Below, piece after piece: positions 58,007-63,245 of a DNA stretch of 63,245 nucleotides (the stretch's first letter is position 1; each line of letters begins with the position of its first letter). The notes beneath the pieces were generated by a model that made no database searches, was not told the DNA's origin, and saw only the letters and a program-made list of their open reading frames with translations. Where the stretch lies: assembly GCA_002424305.1 (NCBI GenBank), contig DIQZ01000045.1, positions 391-63,635 of the forward strand, written 5' to 3'. Made by a program: the position numbers and the translations under genes. The DNA is from Firmicutes bacterium UBA5449. Lineage in GTDB: Bacteria; Bacillota; SHA-98; UBA4971.

Positions 58007-58654
58007 ATGGTAAGAAGGATAACTCGCTTAAATCTTATGGCTATTACAGGTATGGTATTAGTGCTACTTGTCAGTATGTCTCACGTGAGCTTTGCAGCCA
58101 CAGCCCAGCAAGGTGTGACCGGACTTTTGCTGGCGCCGTCCGCTGATACGCTAGGACAAGGTAGCTTCGCTATAGGGTATAGCCGATTAGGCATCAGAGA
58201 TTGTGTGTACATAGGTGCAGGAATCATGCCAAATCTTGAGGTAGGGTTAGGCTCAAGAGGGTTCAAGGATGGCGCTACCGTATACCCTATGCTGAAACTA
58301 AGGCTTTTAGGGGAAGCAGCAGATATGCCTGCAGTTGCCATAGGCCTTGAAGGTCAGGCTCTTTATGTGGCTGCCAGTAAGCGTCTTATGTCATCAGGCC
58401 CCAGGGCCCACGTGGGATTTGGAACCGGTAGATTAAATGGGATATTCATCGGTGTGGACCACGTCCTTAACCCGGTGACAATCTCCGGCGGAACCGGATT
58501 TCAAGCCCCTATTACCACTGTGATGGGGGAATACGTCGGAGGTTCATTTAACATCGGAGCACGGTTCGAGTTTTCCAAGGGCCTCAGCTTTAGCATAGGG
58601 TTATTGGATACGAATTATCTGTCAGCAGGAGTATCCCTCACAACGAAGTTCTAA
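58007..58654 (+). CDS. Small outer-membrane beta-barrel (YjbH-like)
   Basis: Signal peptide; GVTGLLLAPSADTL; alternating amphipathic strands; C-terminal Phe (GVSLTTKF). Confidence 0.65.
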   Translation: MVRRITRLNLMAITGMVLVLLVSMSHVSFAATAQQGVTGLLLAPSADTLGQGSFAIGYSRLGIRDCVYIGAGIMPNLEVGLGSRGFKDGATVYPMLKLRLLGEAADMPAVAIGLEGQALYVAASKRLMSSGPRAHVGFGTGRLNGIFIGVDHVLNPVTISGGTGFQAPITTVMGEYVGGSFNIGARFEFSKGLSFSIGLLDTNYLSAGVSLTTKF

Positions 58655-58836
58655 GCAGAGCCATATGCTTGCCAAATTCTGAGCGCCCCCTCATACAAGC
58701 ACCGATAGCCTCACACGCCCTTAGTCTCTTGGCCAAGGGCGTATTGCTTTTTTTGGATACTTTTACCCTTCCCGCATTCAAGAAGGGATTTAGACGGGTA
58801 CAGCGAAAATACTATGCGGGAGGAGAGGGGGAGCTA

Positions 58837-59772
58837 ATGGCAAGACCAGGCAAGTACGGTCTATGCTTTATATTCATAATTATTGCTACTGTGATTATGC
58901 TTTTTGCTTTTGCAGATATGCCTGCGTTGGCCTGTGTCGGAGCGAGGCAGATGGCAATGGGGGGCACGTTCGTAGGGATCGCAGACGATCTAAGTGCCGT
59001 GTATTGGAATCCTGCAGGCATCGCCATGCTGGAGCAGAGGGGGCTTCACATCACTTCAACGCTAAATAACAGGGATACATTTAACTATGATGACTTTCTA
59101 GTATATGTTTCCCCTAAACACGGCGACCTTAGTTTGGGTCTTAGTTTTATCCGAGAACATATGGGAGAGCCGGACTGTATAGGTGAGTATCAGGCAGGGA
59201 ATTGGTTTACTTGCTCTGTCGCTGCGTTAGTCATGGAAGGGCTTTCAATTGGGGCAAACATAAGATATGAAGCCTATTCCCAAAAGGCTTTATGCGGAGA
59301 TTTTGCATCCGGATCCCGGTGGGGGTTAGACTTAGGGTTCCTATGCCAGGTAAGTAGCAAGGTCTCACTTGGTTGTTTGATTCAAGATGTAGGCCTTTCC
59401 AAAGTGCAATGGACTGACGGAAGCAGCGAGGCGAGACGAATCAATGTCCGTCCCGGAATTGGGTATAGACCGAATCCGTACACTTTGATTGCTTGTGATA
59501 TATACGACTTTGACGCACTAATCGCATCAAGAGGAACCTATGAAGAAAGCCGTTTGTGTCTTAGACTTGGGCTCGAGCGGTGGCTCACTCCGAATCTCGC
59601 TGCCAGATTCGGTTATTACGGGATCAAGACACGCGAAGGAGCTGTAACCTACGGAATCGGACTACGCAAGGGGAGATACACTCTGGATTATGCTTATCTG
59701 GATGTTGCTACAGTTCCCGGGCACTCCGGCCTTGGAGGCACTCATCAGATAGGAGTGACGGTCAAGTTCTGA
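58837..59772 (+). CDS. PorV/PorQ (UPF0164, FadL-like) outer-membrane beta-barrel
   Basis: Signal peptide, then GARQMAMGGTFVGIADDLSAVYWNPAGIA; GLRKGRYTLDYAY; HQIGVTVKF. Start ATG 58837 after GGAGAGGGGG (track start 58669). Confidence 0.78.
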   Translation: MARPGKYGLCFIFIIIATVIMLFAFADMPALACVGARQMAMGGTFVGIADDLSAVYWNPAGIAMLEQRGLHITSTLNNRDTFNYDDFLVYVSPKHGDLSLGLSFIREHMGEPDCIGEYQAGNWFTCSVAALVMEGLSIGANIRYEAYSQKALCGDFASGSRWGLDLGFLCQVSSKVSLGCLIQDVGLSKVQWTDGSSEARRINVRPGIGYRPNPYTLIACDIYDFDALIASRGTYEESRLCLRLGLERWLTPNLAARFGYYGIKTREGAVTYGIGLRKGRYTLDYAYLDVATVPGHSGLGGTHQIGVTVKF

Positions 59773-60869
59773 AAATCATTGATCGGTACATATCAAAGGA
59801 GTTTGTTCTGCCTTTTATTGGATGCATAGGAGGCTTCGTGCTGATAATCCTGGCGAGCCAGTTGTTCTGGCTCGCTGAGCTGATTATTGTGAAAAAAGTT
59901 GCCACAAGTACAGTTGTACAACTGCTGGTCTATAAGCTTCCTGATGCCATAGTCCAATCTATCCCTGTATCTACGCTTTGTGGTGCACTGTTGTCTCTTA
60001 TGCGTCTCGGTAAGGATAGCGAACTTGCTGCTCTCCGCACCGGTGGAGTCAGGGCTTTGCGAATTATTTTGCCTCTTCTTATCTTAGGCCTTTTGGCCAG
60101 TATTGCCACGTTCGTTTTCAACGAACATGTAGTTCCGTGGGCTAACCACGAATTCGAGAACATAGTCAGGAGGATTGTCCTTCAAGAGACTCTTCCGACT
60201 GCAGAAGAAAACGTATTCTTCAGAGGTACCGGGGACAGGTTCTTTTACATACGGAAGGTAGATGCAACTTCACAAGAACTACGTGATGTTCTAGTCTATG
60301 AAGCACAGAAGGAAGGGCTTCCAAGGATTATTACCGCCAAGAGCGGAAGCGCAAGGGGGACCACATGGACGCTCTCTGACGGTGTGGTACACGACTTGGG
60401 TCCTGAAGGTTATGTGGTTTACGAAGCTAAATTTGAGAAAATGAATCTACGTATGGACGAAGGATTTGAGGCTTTCTTTGGGCAGCAGAAGACTCCCGAT
60501 GAGATGAGTAGGAAAGAGTTGAAATCGTACATTGATCTATTCCGCGCAAGTGGTGTGAGTGTAGACGCGCTCATCGTAGATTATCAGCTAAAACTTGCTC
60601 TTCCCCTTGCTGCATTCATTTTTGTCTTAACCGGAGCCCCCATAGTTGTCAGCATTGTGAGTCCTAAGACAGGTAGGTTTCTTGGTGTAGCGTTGGGAGG
60701 TTGTATTGCTTTTCTCTACTACGCGCTTTCTTCCATATTCCGTTCTCTTGGGTGTTGTGATGTCTTGCCTCCACTTGCCGCGGCATGGACAGGTAACATC
60801 ATATTTGCTCTGGTCGGAGTCGCACTGGTTGTCCGTAGCGAGCAGGCACGACGAGGTGGCAAACTGTAG
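59769..60869 (+). CDS. LptF/LptG-family LPS export permease
   Basis: KIIDRYISKEF, LMRLGKDSELAALRTGG, ARGTTWTL, PDEMSRKELKSYI, KLALPLAAF, LPPLAAAWTGNI. The start is most likely CTG at 59769 (no nearby in-frame ATG/GTG/TTG). Confidence 0.88.
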   Translation: MKIIDRYISKEFVLPFIGCIGGFVLIILASQLFWLAELIIVKKVATSTVVQLLVYKLPDAIVQSIPVSTLCGALLSLMRLGKDSELAALRTGGVRALRIILPLLILGLLASIATFVFNEHVVPWANHEFENIVRRIVLQETLPTAEENVFFRGTGDRFFYIRKVDATSQELRDVLVYEAQKEGLPRIITAKSGSARGTTWTLSDGVVHDLGPEGYVVYEAKFEKMNLRMDEGFEAFFGQQKTPDEMSRKELKSYIDLFRASGVSVDALIVDYQLKLALPLAAFIFVLTGAPIVVSIVSPKTGRFLGVALGGCIAFLYYALSSIFRSLGCCDVLPPLAAAWTGNIIFALVGVALVVRSEQARRGGKL

Positions 60870-60871
60870 AT

Positions 60872-63097
60872 ATGAGTGAAAAGGCATTCAAGAAGAGACG
60901 TGTTGCTATAACGTTATGGATATTACCGGTAGTATTGGTGTTCTCCGTGTACTGTGTCTTTCTATCGTCTAACAGTGAAGCTACCGGTGCAAGTGAACCT
61001 GTCAGACTCACAGGCGATGCTCTGAGCGTTGATTTGGACAGGCGGTTCGCCCGCGCTGAAGGCAATGTGGTTCTGGAATACAAGGACATTACGATTACCT
61101 GTGATCTCTTGGAGATAGATGTTACTTCAGGAGCGCTTACCGCTTCAGGAAATGTAGAGTTTCGCGATGATGAAGATGTGGTGAAGGGCAAGAATCTTAC
61201 ATATGATTTGACATCGAAGCACGGGGTTCTGCGATCAGGGAATGCAACCGTGCAGGGTGATCGTATGGAAGGCCCCATGTATGTGGCTGGATGGGAATTC
61301 CGCGCTGAACCCGGTAAAATACAGATAGAAAGCGGAAGTCTTACCACGTGTGACCTGGACGTGCCTCATTATCGGATTGAGGCACGCGAGATAGACATCT
61401 ACGTGGGCGACAAGATGGAACTCAGGCAGTTGTCTTACTGGGAAGGCAAATTCTGTGTACTCCGTTGGCCATACCTTGTCATTCCTCTCAGAGAAGAGAA
61501 CAGATTTGATATGCCCCAGGTAGGATACGGCGCCCAAGAAGGCTGGTTTGTGAAGACCACTTACAATTACTACAGAAATCCTTCATTCCGCGGTTTCCTG
61601 TACCTGGACTATTTTAGCAGGCTAGGCCCGGGTTTAGGTGCAAAGCATCTTTATGATTTTGGAAACCTGGGAACCGGGTCTTTGTACATATATGAATTAA
61701 TGAACAGAACCACTAATCATGTGCAATCCAAATTGGAGCTTGCCCACAAAGTCCCAATGGGTTTAAATACCACCTGCGCCTTGGATTTTAAGTATTCTGA
61801 TAGCTTGTCTCTGGCAGGTGTCCTTAACACGCAAGTTTCCGGTTCAGCAAGGGTTCAGTATAACGATGCCATGGGATCTGCAGAGCTTTCCATGGACAAA
61901 GTATGGAAAACCGGGTTATCAGCATCTGACGAGACAAAGGTAGCGCTGACAGGAAGGTGGAGGGCTGAGGAAGGTCCGTCGCTTTCGGGGAATCTCAGGT
62001 TCTTTCAGCGTGAAGTTACGGACGGGTTTTTGAGGGACGATAAATACTTAAACTACCGGCTTGAAGCAGCAAACGATTTTGGAGCTGCTTCTGCCCGAGC
62101 CATAGTTGAGCAGTATGTCAAACCAAAAGAACGGCGGGAGAAGGAAGAGGAAGGTGAAGTGGATCCACTTCCTTATGAAGCTATAGGACGGACTCCGGAG
62201 ATAATTATTGAAGGTCATCCATTTACAGTAGGTGATTTTCCACTAAGACTCCAATGGACTGTAGGCTTTGGTCGGTACGCTGAGAAAGCTTCTCTATGGG
62301 TGGGTGATCCTATAATTCAAGCCTGTAAGGTTAATGCAGGGATTAATACGGTGGAGCGGTCATATCGTCTTGGGAGTGCATCGAAGGCAACCTTATCCGC
62401 GGGAGCGAACTTTGACAGTTATACCACAGGCGACAAGCGATATGTGCTTCAAGGTGTGTTAGGCCTGGAGATGCGGGCTTTGGATAATGCTGTTTTAATT
62501 CAAGGTAAATATGATTATTGCGGGGTATTCGGAGAGACCCCGTTCGCGTTTGATAAGAAAGACCGAAAAGGGCTCTTGACAGGGAGATTAGCTCTGACTA
62601 AGGGAATGTTCACTGCATCAATTGACGGAGGGTACGATTTTTACACGAAAACTTATCGGAACATTACAGGGACGGCCAAGATTTCACCGGGCAAAGCCTG
62701 GGCAGTGGAAACCTCTGCTGCCTATGCTCCTGAGTCTGCACGTATGCGCGATGCCACAGGCAAGCTGGAAATAGCTGCATCAGAAAGATGCCTTGTTAAG
62801 TTGGGGGCCAGATATGATTTTTCCCGAGAAGCCTTGGATAGAGTGGAAAGTCAAGTCGCGCTCCGGGTATCTGACGCATGGGGGCTGGAATGGACGCTGG
62901 TATATGGAGGGACTTCAAAGAGCAAGCCCAGAGGCATTCTGCGTGGAGATGTAGCACTCACTCGAGACATGCATTGTCGAGAGCTTAGGGTTTCGTATAG
63001 TTACACTGAAAAGCAAGTGTGGCTTGAATATAGAATCAAGGCTTTCCCCCACGATAGCGTTAAGATGGGGCTTGGTGACGAAGGCGTTCTGTTTTAA
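60872..63097 (+). CDS. lptD: LptD-like LPS-assembly outer membrane protein (OstA N-domain + barrel)
   Basis: Signal/TM; OstA-like ARAEGNVVL...ITCDLLEID..TASGNV; SLTTCDLDVPHYRIEA; WPYLVIPL, PQVGY, GWFVK, LDYFSRLGPGLG; beta-rich C-terminus. Confidence 0.82.
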   Translation: MSEKAFKKRRVAITLWILPVVLVFSVYCVFLSSNSEATGASEPVRLTGDALSVDLDRRFARAEGNVVLEYKDITITCDLLEIDVTSGALTASGNVEFRDDEDVVKGKNLTYDLTSKHGVLRSGNATVQGDRMEGPMYVAGWEFRAEPGKIQIESGSLTTCDLDVPHYRIEAREIDIYVGDKMELRQLSYWEGKFCVLRWPYLVIPLREENRFDMPQVGYGAQEGWFVKTTYNYYRNPSFRGFLYLDYFSRLGPGLGAKHLYDFGNLGTGSLYIYELMNRTTNHVQSKLELAHKVPMGLNTTCALDFKYSDSLSLAGVLNTQVSGSARVQYNDAMGSAELSMDKVWKTGLSASDETKVALTGRWRAEEGPSLSGNLRFFQREVTDGFLRDDKYLNYRLEAANDFGAASARAIVEQYVKPKERREKEEEGEVDPLPYEAIGRTPEIIIEGHPFTVGDFPLRLQWTVGFGRYAEKASLWVGDPIIQACKVNAGINTVERSYRLGSASKATLSAGANFDSYTTGDKRYVLQGVLGLEMRALDNAVLIQGKYDYCGVFGETPFAFDKKDRKGLLTGRLALTKGMFTASIDGGYDFYTKTYRNITGTAKISPGKAWAVETSAAYAPESARMRDATGKLEIAASERCLVKLGARYDFSREALDRVESQVALRVSDAWGLEWTLVYGGTSKSKPRGILRGDVALTRDMHCRELRVSYSYTEKQVWLEYRIKAFPHDSVKMGLGDEGVLF

Positions 63098-63235
63098 GTC
63101 TTGTCCTAGGTAAATTCAGTGGAGAGGTTGCCGGTGTTGCGTTCTCGACGCCCCCTCACTGTAAGCGCCGGCTACCTGGCCACGGTTAGGACAAGGAGCG
63201 CGAATTAATGGTGTCATGCTTGGGAGGTGCAGGTA

Positions 63236-63245
63236 ATGTCGAGAA
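63236..63245 (+). other. Start of a further gene, truncated by the window edge
   Basis: GGGAGGTG RBS followed by ATG TCG AGA A. Confidence 0.5.

Noticed and set aside
59580-59768. GTG-59580 start for lptF/G
   Set aside because: About 190-bp overlap with the upstream gene and a non-conserved-looking 63-aa extension.
58837-59772. Type IX secretion system
   Set aside because: A lone PorV/PorQ-like barrel; no porKLMN or sprA in the window.

Overview
Chromosomal window (about 50% GC, mostly + strand) with no rRNA, tRNA, CRISPR array or mobile element that I can detect. It most likely comes from a fermentative, anaerobic, DIDERM member of the Bacillota: sporulation genes (spoIID, spoIIQ-like, spoIIID) sit a few kb upstream of an outer-membrane/LPS cluster (tamB, bamA, 2 x ompH/skp, lpxD, lptF/G, lptD). 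The taxonomy is inference; a Limnochordia-like lineage is plausible. From left to right: a thiol-redox pair; pseudouridine salvage (pfkB kinase + psuG); an apparently complete H2-signalling locus; a LacI-controlled sugar ABC transporter + TreT; guaB; asnS; a DrrAB-like exporter behind a leader-peptide attenuator; the conserved rpmE-prfA-prmC-sua5-ywlE-upp-tagO-wecB-murA-spoIID-spoIIQ-spoIIID-mbl block, from which the F1Fo atp operon and rpiB/glyA are absent; and the outer-membrane cluster. The H2 locus consists of a sensory-type [FeFe]-hydrogenase fused to PAS and histidine kinase domains, an NtrC-type sigma54 activator, tandem enhancer palindromes, a consensus -24/-12 promoter, a small unannotated ORF and the trimeric bifurcating-type hydrogenase hydB-hydA-hydC. 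The best candidate for an undescribed system is this single-polypeptide [FeFe] H2-sensor kinase / sigma54 circuit (4826-13303). Next best are the five-segment attenuator (26160-26431) and the 2360-aa TamB with about 14 tandem 43-aa repeats. Family assignments come from motif recognition by eye; no database search was run.
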